Of a DNA stretch of 58,015 nt, positions 8,599 to 17,304 are shown one piece after another (positions within the stretch are counted from its first letter, which is position 1; the number at the start of each line of letters is the position of its first letter). A program made the translations under genes and the position numbers. The notes under the pieces were generated by a model. It searched no databases, was not told the DNA's origin, and saw nothing but the letters and a program-made list of their open reading frames with translations. This DNA comes from Fervidobacterium sp. (GTDB taxonomy: Bacteria > Thermotogota > Thermotogae > Thermotogales > Fervidobacteriaceae): assembly GCA_049970055.1 (NCBI GenBank), contig JBMFNR010000005.1, positions 1 to 58,015 of the forward strand, in the 5' to 3' direction.

Positions 8599-10481
8599 AC
8601 AATTATCCTCCCTATCAAATTGACAATAAATGCCAGGATGTAAGATACGGTGAAACTGTAAATAACAGCAAAGAAAACATACCTCAAACTATTAGTTTCA
8701 GATTTTATAGCGGCAAGTGTTGCAAAACAAGGTGCATAACCGAGTACAAAAACCATTAATGTGGCAGCAACAACAGGTGAGAAAGTCACATATTCAACTC
8801 CACCGTAAAATTGTGCGAATGAAGAAACGATTACTTCCTTTGCAACTACACCAAAAATAAGTGCGGAAACTATTTGCCAAGAAAAACCGAGAGGCCTAAA
8901 GATGAACTGAAGTCCTTTACCAATCATTGCAACGAAGCTATTCTCTACATTCTTTGGATCGGGAAAATAAGTAAGAACCCATATAACGATACTTGTTGCG
9001 AATATTATCGCACCAGCTTTTTCCAAAAAGTGTTTTCCTCTATTCCACATATAGGTGATGATATTTGATAATTTTGGGAAACGATACCTTGGCAGTTCCA
9101 TTATAAACGGGACATTTTCGCCTTTTAAGAGTACCTTATTTACAATTCTTGATGAAAGCGCAGTTAAGAGTATACTTGCAGCATAAATCAGGAAAAAAAC
9201 TTCGGCTTTAAATTGTGCGAATGCAACACCTATTATCATCAAATAGACTGGTATCCTTGCGTTGCAACTTATGAATGGAGAAACTAAAATCGTTGTTATT
9301 CTTTCTCGCTCGTCAGACAACCCACGAGCAGCCATTACCGAACTTATATTGCATCCAAACCCAAGTATTAGTGTCATAAAAGAACGACCTGTAAGTCTTA
9401 AAGAGTACATCACTCTATCCATAAGAAAAGCTATTCTTGGCAAATATCCGCTTTCTTCCATTATTCCAAGGGCAAAAAATAGGGCAAAGATGCTTGGAAT
9501 AAAAGATAATACACTTCCTACACCGTTAATTATTCCGTCTGATATAAGGGACGTGAACAAACTATTGCTGCCGATAACCTCTGTTAATTTACCAAACAAA
9601 TATTCTAAAAGAGTTACAAGTGGTTCCGAGGCTTTAAATGTAAAGTTGAAAGCAAGATACAAAAGGGAAATAAATATTGGAATTCCAAGATATCGATGTG
9701 TCAAAACGTGATCAAGTGCTTCCGATAAGGTTAGAGCATTCTGAAATGTGGTAAAACTCCTTGAGAGTGTTACAGTTATATATTCGTACCTCTTTTTTGC
9801 TATCTCCGTCGCTAATTCTTCACTAAGATCTTTTTTGCACAATTGTACCATTTCACGTATAAATCTATCTCCTTCAAGGTACTTTAAGGCAACAAATCTC
9901 TTATTGTACTCATCGGTTATGCAGCTTTCGATCTCCTTGATAGTACTTTCTATATTTTCACCATAAATAAAGAATTTTGGCCTTATAGGTTTCTTAAATG
10001 TTTGAATGATTACCTCCTTCAGTTCCTCGATGCCCTCGCCAGTGTGCGCACTCGTCAAAACAACTGGTACACCAAGGAATGTTTGAAGATAGTCTTTATC
10101 AATCTCAATACCGTTTCTTCTTGCTTCATCGATAGCATTGAAAACAGCTATAACATTCAATCCAAGTTCCAAAGCTTCAAGGAGTACGTACATCCCTTGT
10201 TCCGGACTCATGCTATCTATTATCACTGCAGTTACATTAGGTGGCGTAAAGAACAAGAAATCGCGGGTTACCTTTTCATCAATTGATGTAGCGGAAAGTG
10301 AGTAAACACCAGGGAGGTCTATGAAGTGGAGAGTATATTCTTTGTAAGTACTTGCACCCTCGATCCTTGTTACAGTAACACCTGGCCAATTTGCTACGTA
10401 TTGTCTTGCACCAACAAGCTTGTTGAATAAACTTGTTTTTCCGACGTTCGGATTACCAACAAGTCCAACTGTTATTACCAT
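8595..10481 (-). CDS. feoB: Ferrous iron transporter FeoB
   Basis: GNPNVGKT, VANWPGVTV, DLPG G-domain motifs; EESGYLPR, GFGC, PFIMELP, YAPC membrane-domain motifs. Confidence 0.96.
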   Translation of the reverse strand: MVITVGLVGNPNVGKTSLFNKLVGARQYVANWPGVTVTRIEGASTYKEYTLHFIDLPGVYSLSATSIDEKVTRDFLFFTPPNVTAVIIDSMSPEQGMYVLLEALELGLNVIAVFNAIDEARRNGIEIDKDYLQTFLGVPVVLTSAHTGEGIEELKEVIIQTFKKPIRPKFFIYGENIESTIKEIESCITDEYNKRFVALKYLEGDRFIREMVQLCKKDLSEELATEIAKKRYEYITVTLSRSFTTFQNALTLSEALDHVLTHRYLGIPIFISLLYLAFNFTFKASEPLVTLLEYLFGKLTEVIGSNSLFTSLISDGIINGVGSVLSFIPSIFALFFALGIMEESGYLPRIAFLMDRVMYSLRLTGRSFMTLILGFGCNISSVMAARGLSDERERITTILVSPFISCNARIPVYLMIIGVAFAQFKAEVFFLIYAASILLTALSSRIVNKVLLKGENVPFIMELPRYRFPKLSNIITYMWNRGKHFLEKAGAIIFATSIVIWVLTYFPDPKNVENSFVAMIGKGLQFIFRPLGFSWQIVSALIFGVVAKEVIVSSFAQFYGGVEYVTFSPVVAATLMVFVLGYAPCFATLAAIKSETNSLRYVFFAVIYSFTVSYILAFIVNLIGRIIV

Positions 10482-10502
10482 AATTGACCTCCTGCTAAAA
10501 GA

Positions 10503-10973
10503 TCACATGCTTTTGGATTTTTCAAAATCTTTAACTTTAATTACTTTGATTTTTGCTAACTTACCCCATCCAATATCGAATGTGCCAATGTTTGTTTTGA
10601 CTTTCCTACTTGGCAAAATTTCGATAATTGAACCCACAACGATCCCACACTTGTTTAATTCACGGGTTGCCATAATTCCAGCATCGATACTTACAATTTT
10701 ATAGGTACCTGGTTCAACAAATGTTGCTGGTAATGGTGTGTCTTCAATTATCTTAACTTCAACTAAGTCCGCTTCGTTGTTTCTGAGTGAGATTAACTTT
10801 TTAAAAATTCTGTATATTCTTGGATCTCCCATTGGTGCTTCTTTGACCACTTGAATTTTCACACCGGGAAGTATTCCAATTGCCCGAAGTTTTGAAGATA
10901 CATCTGATTGCAAAATTTCCTGAACTTCGACTGTGACACCTACTGGAACTTCGGAAAGTTTCAATGAAACCAC
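10503..10973 (-). CDS. feoA: FeoA protein with two FeoA-like domains
   Basis: KLRAIGILPG..APMGDP..ISLRNNEA; second repeat RELNKCGIVVG..DIGWGKLAKI; upstream of feoB. Confidence 0.9.
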   Translation of the reverse strand: MVSLKLSEVPVGVTVEVQEILQSDVSSKLRAIGILPGVKIQVVKEAPMGDPRIYRIFKKLISLRNNEADLVEVKIIEDTPLPATFVEPGTYKIVSIDAGIMATRELNKCGIVVGSIIEILPSRKVKTNIGTFDIGWGKLAKIKVIKVKDFEKSKSM

Positions 10974-10988
10974 TCCTTACCAATGAAA

Positions 10989-11013
10989 ATTATTGATAAT
11001 CATTCTCAATAAT
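10989..11013. promoter_or_regulatory. Fur-box operator of feoAB
   Basis: ATTATTGATAAT-C-ATTCTCAATAAT near-perfect palindrome; core TGATAATCATTCTCA is one mismatch from the 7-1-7 Fur box. Confidence 0.85.
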
Positions 11014-11042
11014 ATTATAAACGTGATGGCATCATTTGTCAA
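11014..11042 (-). promoter_or_regulatory. Consensus sigma70 promoter of feoAB
   Basis: Exact TTGACA-17 bp-TATAAT on the minus strand. Confidence 0.85.
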
Positions 11043-11111
11043 TCATTAATTGTGAATCATTGAGAGCCAATAAGGCGAGCATACATTTACTACTAAAAAT
11101 GTTGAATATCA

Positions 11112-11140
11112 TTGACTATCGGCATATATAGTTGTATAAT
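11112..11140 (+). promoter_or_regulatory. Sigma70-type promoter of glnA
   Basis: TTGACT-17 bp-TATAAT. Confidence 0.7.
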
Positions 11141-11247
11141 TTGAGTATAATGTATTTTATGGTCAATTGCTCGTAGTTTTTCGTTATTAACCATGAATAT
11201 TTATGCACATACATACTTTTCAAATGCTTTTCAAAGTGGGGGTGTTG

Positions 11248-12567
11248 ATGGTGAACAAAGAGAAGATCTTTAAGTTTATTGATGAAAACTCTGTAAAGTT
11301 TGTTAGACTTCAATTCACAGATATAAACGGAACCATGAAAAATGTTGAGATCCCTTCTGACGAACTTGGATCAGCCTTGGATGGCGGAGTTATGTTCGAT
11401 GGTTCCTCTGTAGAAGGATTTGCACGGCTCCATGAATCAGATATGTACCTGAAACCTGATTTAAGAACTATTGCTGTACTGCCTTGGACTTTTGAAGGGC
11501 ACAAGAGTGCAAGAATAATATGTGATGTTTACAATGATAACAGTCCATTCGAGGGAGATCCGAGGTACATATTAAAACTTGTTGAGGAAAAAGCGAAAGC
11601 GATGGGATTTATTCCTTATGCGGGGCCCGAAGTTGAGTTTTTCATTTTACCGCGTGATAAGGGAAGACCTATTTTCGAATTTCTCGATAGTGGTAGTTAT
11701 TTCGATTTACTACCAGTGGATATCGCTGAGCATATCAGAACAGAAGTTTCTGTCCACCTTAAAGAAATGGGACTGGATGTCGAGACAACACATCATGAAG
11801 TTGCACCATCGCAGCACGAAGTTGATTTTCGATATTCAGAACCCGTTTTTTCAGCCGATAATGTGCAAACCGTAAAGCTTGTTATAAAAACACTTGCTAT
11901 AAAGAATAATCTATACGCAACGTTTATGCCAAAGCCATTCTTTGGTGTCAATGGGAGTGGTATGCACGTACATATGAGCCTTTTTACACTCGATGGTAAA
12001 AACGCATTCTTTGATGAAACGGCTCCAGATGGTATTTCAGAAATTATGAAATATTTTATTGGGGGCTTAGTTGAACATGCACGAGAGATAACTGCAATAA
12101 CCAATCCAACAATTAATAGTTACAAGCGCTTAGTACCAGGTTACGAAGCACCTGTTAATATCGCGTGGAGTAAGGGAAATAGAACAGCGCTTATACGTGT
12201 ACCAAAAGCACGTGGTAAATCAACAAGGATCGAATATAGAGCACCCGATCCGTCATGTAATCCTTACCTTGCTTTAGCTGTTATGTTTGCTGCTGGGCTG
12301 GACGGGGTAGAAAACAAAATTGAACCACCAGCCGCTGTTGAGGAAAATATTTACCATATGTCTGAAGCCGAGAAAGCTAAGAGAGGTATCAAGAGATTAC
12401 CAGCAAATCTAAAAGAAGCTTTATCAGAGGCTGAAAAAAGTGTGCTTGTGAGAAAAACCCTTGGAGAGCACATTTGGGAGAAATTTTTAATATTGAAAGA
12501 GCGCGAATGGTGGGAATATTCAACGGTTGTCACAGAATGGGAGAGAAGAAAATACGAAAATGTTTAA
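11248..12567 (+). CDS. glnA: Glutamine synthetase type I
   Basis: FDGSSVEGF, ESDM, HHEVAPSQHE, TFMPKPFFGVNGSGMHVH, NSYKRLVPGYEAP, EYRAPDPSCNPYL; start ATG 11248 or GTG 11251. Confidence 0.97.
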   Translation: MVNKEKIFKFIDENSVKFVRLQFTDINGTMKNVEIPSDELGSALDGGVMFDGSSVEGFARLHESDMYLKPDLRTIAVLPWTFEGHKSARIICDVYNDNSPFEGDPRYILKLVEEKAKAMGFIPYAGPEVEFFILPRDKGRPIFEFLDSGSYFDLLPVDIAEHIRTEVSVHLKEMGLDVETTHHEVAPSQHEVDFRYSEPVFSADNVQTVKLVIKTLAIKNNLYATFMPKPFFGVNGSGMHVHMSLFTLDGKNAFFDETAPDGISEIMKYFIGGLVEHAREITAITNPTINSYKRLVPGYEAPVNIAWSKGNRTALIRVPKARGKSTRIEYRAPDPSCNPYLALAVMFAAGLDGVENKIEPPAAVEENIYHMSEAEKAKRGIKRLPANLKEALSEAEKSVLVRKTLGEHIWEKFLILKEREWWEYSTVVTEWERRKYENV

Positions 12568-12585
12568 ACATAATGGAGTGATTTA

Positions 12586-14280
12586 GTGTTCTTGCCCACT
12601 GTGTTTGAAGAAGTCCAGAAAAGAAAATGGAATAGCTTAGATATTATATTTGTGATGGGTGATGCTTATGTCGATCACCCGTCTTTTGGTGTTGCCCTAC
12701 TTGGCAGGTTACTTGAATCGATAGGATATAAAGTTGGTATTATCGCTCAGCCAGTGAATTTAAACGATATAAAAAGGCTTGGAAGACCAAATTTGTTCTT
12801 TGGAGTCACAGCTGGAAGTGTTGATTCCATGGTAGCTAACTATACGGCATCAGGGAAGAAGAGAAAGTCAGATGAGTTCACACCCGGTGGTGTAAACAAT
12901 AGAAGACCGGATAGAGCTGTTATACAATATGTAAATATGATTAAGCAATGTTTCAAAGATGTTCCAATTGTAATTGGTGGAATCGAAGCAAGCCTTAGAA
13001 GATTCGCACATTACGATTGGTGGAGTAATAGAGTGAGAAAATCGATACTTGTAGACTCCAAAGCTGACATACTCGTGTATGGAATGGGAGAACGTGCGAT
13101 AATTGAAATTGCGAGAAGATTGGAAGAAGGTAAGACACTCGATGGTATTCGTGGTACAATGGTTTGGAAAAGTAGTTTTTCCTATGATCAACAGCTTTTC
13201 GATAAATATGTTGAGGTACCTTCCTATGATCAGGTTGTGGAAAATAAAGAAATTTACGCACAGATGTATAAACAAGTGGCTTTATTAACTGACCCAATGG
13301 AAAATGTTGTAATCGCCCAGAAACAAGACACAAGGTATGTTATTCAGTACCCACCTTCTATTCCACTTAGTTCGAAAGAATTAGACGAGCTGTATCTTCT
13401 CCCATATGTGAGGAAAGTCCATCCTTTTTATGAAAGGCAAGGAAGAGTAAAGGCAATAGACACCGTAAAATTTTCGATCACAGCGGTCAGAGGATGCTTT
13501 GGAAATTGTTCTTTCTGCGCTATTTCACATCATCAAACCACACACGTTTCGTCTAGAAGTATTGATTCAATATTAGAAGAAGTCAGAATTATTTCGAGAA
13601 TGCCTGACTTTAGGGGAACAATTACCGACGTTGGTGGTCCAACGGCCAATATGTATGGTTATACTTGCAATATACGTGATTCAAAGGGCCAGTGTGCAAA
13701 AAGCTGTCTTGTTCCTAACATTTGCAGTGTTTTAAAAAATGATGATGTCAGTTTGAAATTTATAGATCTTTTGGACAGCATAAGGAAAGTTCAGGGTATT
13801 AAGCATGTCTTCGTTGGTTCTGGTATTAGACACGATTTGATATTAGCTTCTCAGGAAAGAGATTATATAATTGAAAAACTCGTTGACTACACTTCTGGCC
13901 AACTAAAACTTGCACCAGAGCACGCACATCCGGAAGTTCTAAGACTTATGAACAAGCCCCGGGTTGAACTTTTCTTAGAGTTTAAAAGGTTATTTGAAGA
14001 AGCTGCACGCAAAAAAGGCAAAGAAAAATATGTTATCGGCTATTTCATAGTGGGACACCCAGGAGAAGGTGAACGAGAAAATCTATTTTTATGGGAATTT
14101 GTTAAGAAACATCTTGGTTATGTCCCTCAGCAGGTTCAGATCTTCACACCCACACCTGGCACGTTGAGTACAACAATGTACTATACGGAAATTCATCCGT
14201 TTACTGGTGAACAAGTCTTCGTTGAAAAAAGGCAAAAGTTTCGAGAACGGTTTAAGGAAAATATTATAAGGCTGAAATAA
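12586..14280 (+). CDS. YgiQ (UPF0313) family radical SAM protein
   Basis: GDAYVDHPSFG, GGIEASLRR.AHYD, CxxxCxxC (CFGNCSFC), DVGGPTANMYG, LKLAPEH. Confidence 0.92.
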   Translation: MFLPTVFEEVQKRKWNSLDIIFVMGDAYVDHPSFGVALLGRLLESIGYKVGIIAQPVNLNDIKRLGRPNLFFGVTAGSVDSMVANYTASGKKRKSDEFTPGGVNNRRPDRAVIQYVNMIKQCFKDVPIVIGGIEASLRRFAHYDWWSNRVRKSILVDSKADILVYGMGERAIIEIARRLEEGKTLDGIRGTMVWKSSFSYDQQLFDKYVEVPSYDQVVENKEIYAQMYKQVALLTDPMENVVIAQKQDTRYVIQYPPSIPLSSKELDELYLLPYVRKVHPFYERQGRVKAIDTVKFSITAVRGCFGNCSFCAISHHQTTHVSSRSIDSILEEVRIISRMPDFRGTITDVGGPTANMYGYTCNIRDSKGQCAKSCLVPNICSVLKNDDVSLKFIDLLDSIRKVQGIKHVFVGSGIRHDLILASQERDYIIEKLVDYTSGQLKLAPEHAHPEVLRLMNKPRVELFLEFKRLFEEAARKKGKEKYVIGYFIVGHPGEGERENLFLWEFVKKHLGYVPQQVQIFTPTPGTLSTTMYYTEIHPFTGEQVFVEKRQKFRERFKENIIRLK

Positions 14281-15357
14281 CTAAATGAAAACTTTTTCAA
14301 CGTAGGGACTTGTAAACGCTTGTAAAGCACAGCCATAACTCATCCTGAACTTCAATGTATCGCCAATTTTGAATTCCTTGCTTGTGTTGGTCACATCCAC
14401 AATTAAGTGGTCGCTTGACGCATGTAAACATTCCACACCTTCCTCAAGAGGAATCAAACCATCTGGTTTTACATCCTGCTCACCGATTGCCAATATAAGT
14501 CTTTTTCTGTAGCCTTTATCTTCAAAGTAGGGCGTTCTACCAAACGCATCTTTGCCAAGCTGCCCGACAGGTACAGACGGTTTATAATCAACTTCAACGA
14601 CTTCAGCTTCGAGTATTGCAGTATCTTGACGTAAGTAAGGGATATCCCTATCACCTGTAGCATCTGTACCGAGTAATATGGCTTCTCCCACTCTGAGTTG
14701 ACTGATACCTTTTGGTAATGTTCTATCTTCTATCATTTTCAATGTGACTGTACTCCCACCGCTTACCTTTAACTCATAGCCAAGGGTTTTCTCGAGTTTT
14801 TCCTTAATTGAAATAAGCAAATTCATGTTTTCCTCGGTCGGAAGCACTCCACCGTAACATCCCACGTTGGTACCAATTCCAACTAAGTGTGCATACTTTA
14901 GTTGTTTTGAAACGTTATGTATCTCCTCGAAAGCATTTTCGTACCATACACCTTCTCGTAGATCACCAACATCTACCATGTAAATAATTTGAACATTCTT
15001 ATGCATTTGCTTTGCTATCGTATCTATTTCGAAAGCTGTTTGTGGCATGGAAACCAAGAATTCATCAACATACTTTATGGCTAAAGGAATTTCAGAAAGC
15101 ATAGGTATCCTTAGAAGTTGATATGGTCCTGGTACGTTATTCTCATGTAAAGTTATAATGTTTTTTAATCGTGAATCGCCTAGTTTATCGACTCCGTTTT
15201 CTCTCATAACCTTGGCGATTTTTGGATTAGCAAGAACGAGCTTGGTCACCCCTACTAGCTCTATGCCATTATCGTGACATATTTGAGAGATCTTTTTAGT
15301 GTTGAACGCTATACTATCGAGGTTTATAATTAAACAAGGGAATGTCTTATTCATCAT
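14281..15357 (-). CDS. PLP-dependent alanine/ornithine/lysine racemase family enzyme
   Basis: GVTK PLP lysine, DSRL, DVGDLREG, GTNVGCYGG, SGGST, LRVGEAILLG, ASSDHL. Confidence 0.88.
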   Translation of the reverse strand: MMNKTFPCLIINLDSIAFNTKKISQICHDNGIELVGVTKLVLANPKIAKVMRENGVDKLGDSRLKNIITLHENNVPGPYQLLRIPMLSEIPLAIKYVDEFLVSMPQTAFEIDTIAKQMHKNVQIIYMVDVGDLREGVWYENAFEEIHNVSKQLKYAHLVGIGTNVGCYGGVLPTEENMNLLISIKEKLEKTLGYELKVSGGSTVTLKMIEDRTLPKGISQLRVGEAILLGTDATGDRDIPYLRQDTAILEAEVVEVDYKPSVPVGQLGKDAFGRTPYFEDKGYRKRLILAIGEQDVKPDGLIPLEEGVECLHASSDHLIVDVTNTSKEFKIGDTLKFRMSYGCALQAFTSPYVEKVFI

Positions 15358-15376
15358 ACCCCTCCAATTTTTTATG

Positions 15377-15405
15377 TTGGACTATTACTAAAGTTATGAT
15401 ATAAT
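15377..15405 (+). promoter_or_regulatory. Promoter candidate for the punA-led operon
   Basis: TTGGAC-17 bp-TATAAT with extended -10 TG. Confidence 0.6.
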
Positions 15406-15426
15406 GTAATGAAACTACCGAATATA

Positions 15427-15455
15427 ATTTTACCTCAGAACAGCTCAGTTGTAAA
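15427..15455 (-). promoter_or_regulatory. Promoter candidate for the racemase gene
   Basis: Minus strand TTTACA-17 bp-TAAAAT. Confidence 0.5.
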
Positions 15456-15478
15456 CAACAGTCTTTGGAGGGATCGTA

Positions 15479-16279
15479 ATGGATATCCAAGTAAAAGAAG
15501 CATACGAATTCATAACTAACCAAATTTCCTTGAGACCCAAAATAGCACTTATTCTTGGTTCTGGACTTGGCTTTTTGGCGCAGGAGGTCGAAAACAGGCA
15601 AGAAGTAAGTTACAAAGATATTCCAAATTTTCCATATTCTACGGCTCCTGGGCATGAGGGAAAATTGGTTTTTGGGAAGTTGTACGGTAAGGAAGTTGTT
15701 GTACTTAGCGGAAGATTCCATATATACGAAGGTTGGAATCCATCCGATGTAAGATTAGTTATCCATACGTTAAAACTAATTGGAATCGAAAGAATGTTGA
15801 TAACAAACGCTGCAGGTGCAGTGAACACTACGTATAAACCGGGGGATATAATTATTGTTAAAGACATCATCAACTTTATGTTTAGGAATCCCCTGAGAGG
15901 ACCAAATAATGAAGAGATGGGGCCGCGTTTTCCAGACATGCTTGGTGTGTTTGATAGGGAGTGGATGGAAAAAATTAGGATGGTATATCCTAACATGAAA
16001 GAGGGAGTTTACATTGGTTTGACAGGACCAACTTACGAAACACCCGCTGAAATAAGAGCTGTAAGGAAAATGGGCGCTGATCTTGTTGGAATGTCAACAG
16101 TTCCAGAGATCATAGTATGTGCTCATGTTGGTATAAAAGTCCTTGTGTTATCTTGCGCAACAAATATGGCAGCTGGGATACTGGATCAACCGCTTTCACA
16201 TGAAGAAGTTGTTGAGACTGCTAACGCAGTTAAATGGAAATTTAAGGAACTCGTACGAAAAGCATTGGAGGTATTGTGA
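15479..16279 (+). CDS. punA: Purine nucleoside phosphorylase (trimeric, PNP I)
   Basis: ILGSGLG, GRFHIYEG, TNAAG, GPTYETPAE, VGMSTVPE, TNMAAG, LSHEEV. Confidence 0.95.
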   Translation: MDIQVKEAYEFITNQISLRPKIALILGSGLGFLAQEVENRQEVSYKDIPNFPYSTAPGHEGKLVFGKLYGKEVVVLSGRFHIYEGWNPSDVRLVIHTLKLIGIERMLITNAAGAVNTTYKPGDIIIVKDIINFMFRNPLRGPNNEEMGPRFPDMLGVFDREWMEKIRMVYPNMKEGVYIGLTGPTYETPAEIRAVRKMGADLVGMSTVPEIIVCAHVGIKVLVLSCATNMAAGILDQPLSHEEVVETANAVKWKFKELVRKALEVL

Positions 16280-17271
16280 TGAACAGAGATTTTTTAAATA
16301 TAGTTGCCGAGCTTGAGAATGCTAGAAAAATTCTTGTTGTTGGGCATATAATGCCAGATGGTGATGATATTAGTTCCGTTTTGAGCGCTTATCTTGGTCT
16401 TAAGAGTTTGGGTAAAGAAGTGATAGCTGGTATCGATTGGAGGATTCCCTGGTATTTTTACGAATTCAATGAAGTTAATAGTGTAATGAACTACGACAGT
16501 TTCGCTGCTTTGAATTTTTATCCAGATGTGATCTTAGTTGTTGACGCATCAAGTTCAGATAGAGTTGGGCGATTCCAGGAACTTTTTGATAATCGTACGG
16601 TTTTGGTAATTGATCACCACAACACTAACACGTATTTTGGCGTACATAACTGGGTTGATACTAAATTCGGTTCCACTGCTCAAATGGTGTTAAGGGTGAA
16701 TACCGAGCTTGGAGTTAATTACAATGAGCGCTTAGCAACTATAAACTTGATGGGGATCGCAACAGATACAGGGTTCTTCCGATATTCAAATGCAGATGAA
16801 ATAGTATTCTCCGACGCTACAAAACTTGTGAGCTTGGGGGGAAAGATGCATCTTGTTTCGAGTTTATTTGAAAATAAGCGTATCGAGCAATTTAAATTGC
16901 TTTCAACGATGATTGAACATATGAAAATGGAACTAAACGGGCAAATTGTGTACTCTTACCTTTCAAAAGAAGATTACGAAATGAACAACTGTACTGAGGA
17001 TGACAGTGGAGGTTTTGTTGGTGAGTTGAGGTCAATTCGAGGTACTGAACTTGCCATATTCTTTTCCGAATATGAACACGGAGAGATCCACATAAGTTTC
17101 CGTTCGCGCGATTGGTTCAATTGTAGTAACCTGGCTGTCTTATTTGGTGGGGGAGGGCATACTAAGGCAGCGGGTTGCACATTGAAAGGAGACCTTGGTG
17201 CTATCGTAGAAGAAGTAGTTAGAGAAGCAAAAAATATGTTCATTGCTCAAAAACAGAAATCAAATATATGA
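16276..17271 (+). CDS. nrnA: DHH/DHHA1 phosphoesterase (NrnA/Pde2-like)
   Basis: GHIMPDGDD, VVD, IDHH, ATDTGFF, ISFRS, GGGGHTKAAG. Confidence 0.92.
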   Translation: MMNRDFLNIVAELENARKILVVGHIMPDGDDISSVLSAYLGLKSLGKEVIAGIDWRIPWYFYEFNEVNSVMNYDSFAALNFYPDVILVVDASSSDRVGRFQELFDNRTVLVIDHHNTNTYFGVHNWVDTKFGSTAQMVLRVNTELGVNYNERLATINLMGIATDTGFFRYSNADEIVFSDATKLVSLGGKMHLVSSLFENKRIEQFKLLSTMIEHMKMELNGQIVYSYLSKEDYEMNNCTEDDSGGFVGELRSIRGTELAIFFSEYEHGEIHISFRSRDWFNCSNLAVLFGGGGHTKAAGCTLKGDLGAIVEEVVREAKNMFIAQKQKSNI

Positions 17272-17304
17272 TTTAATCATTCGAATTTCGTTGGGGGGAG
17301 TTCC

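Noticed and set aside
17269..17271. TGA as a selenocysteine codon fusing the DHH gene to the cyclase
   Set aside because: Not at a catalytic position, no convincing SECIS-like hairpin seen, and an SD downstream favours independent initiation
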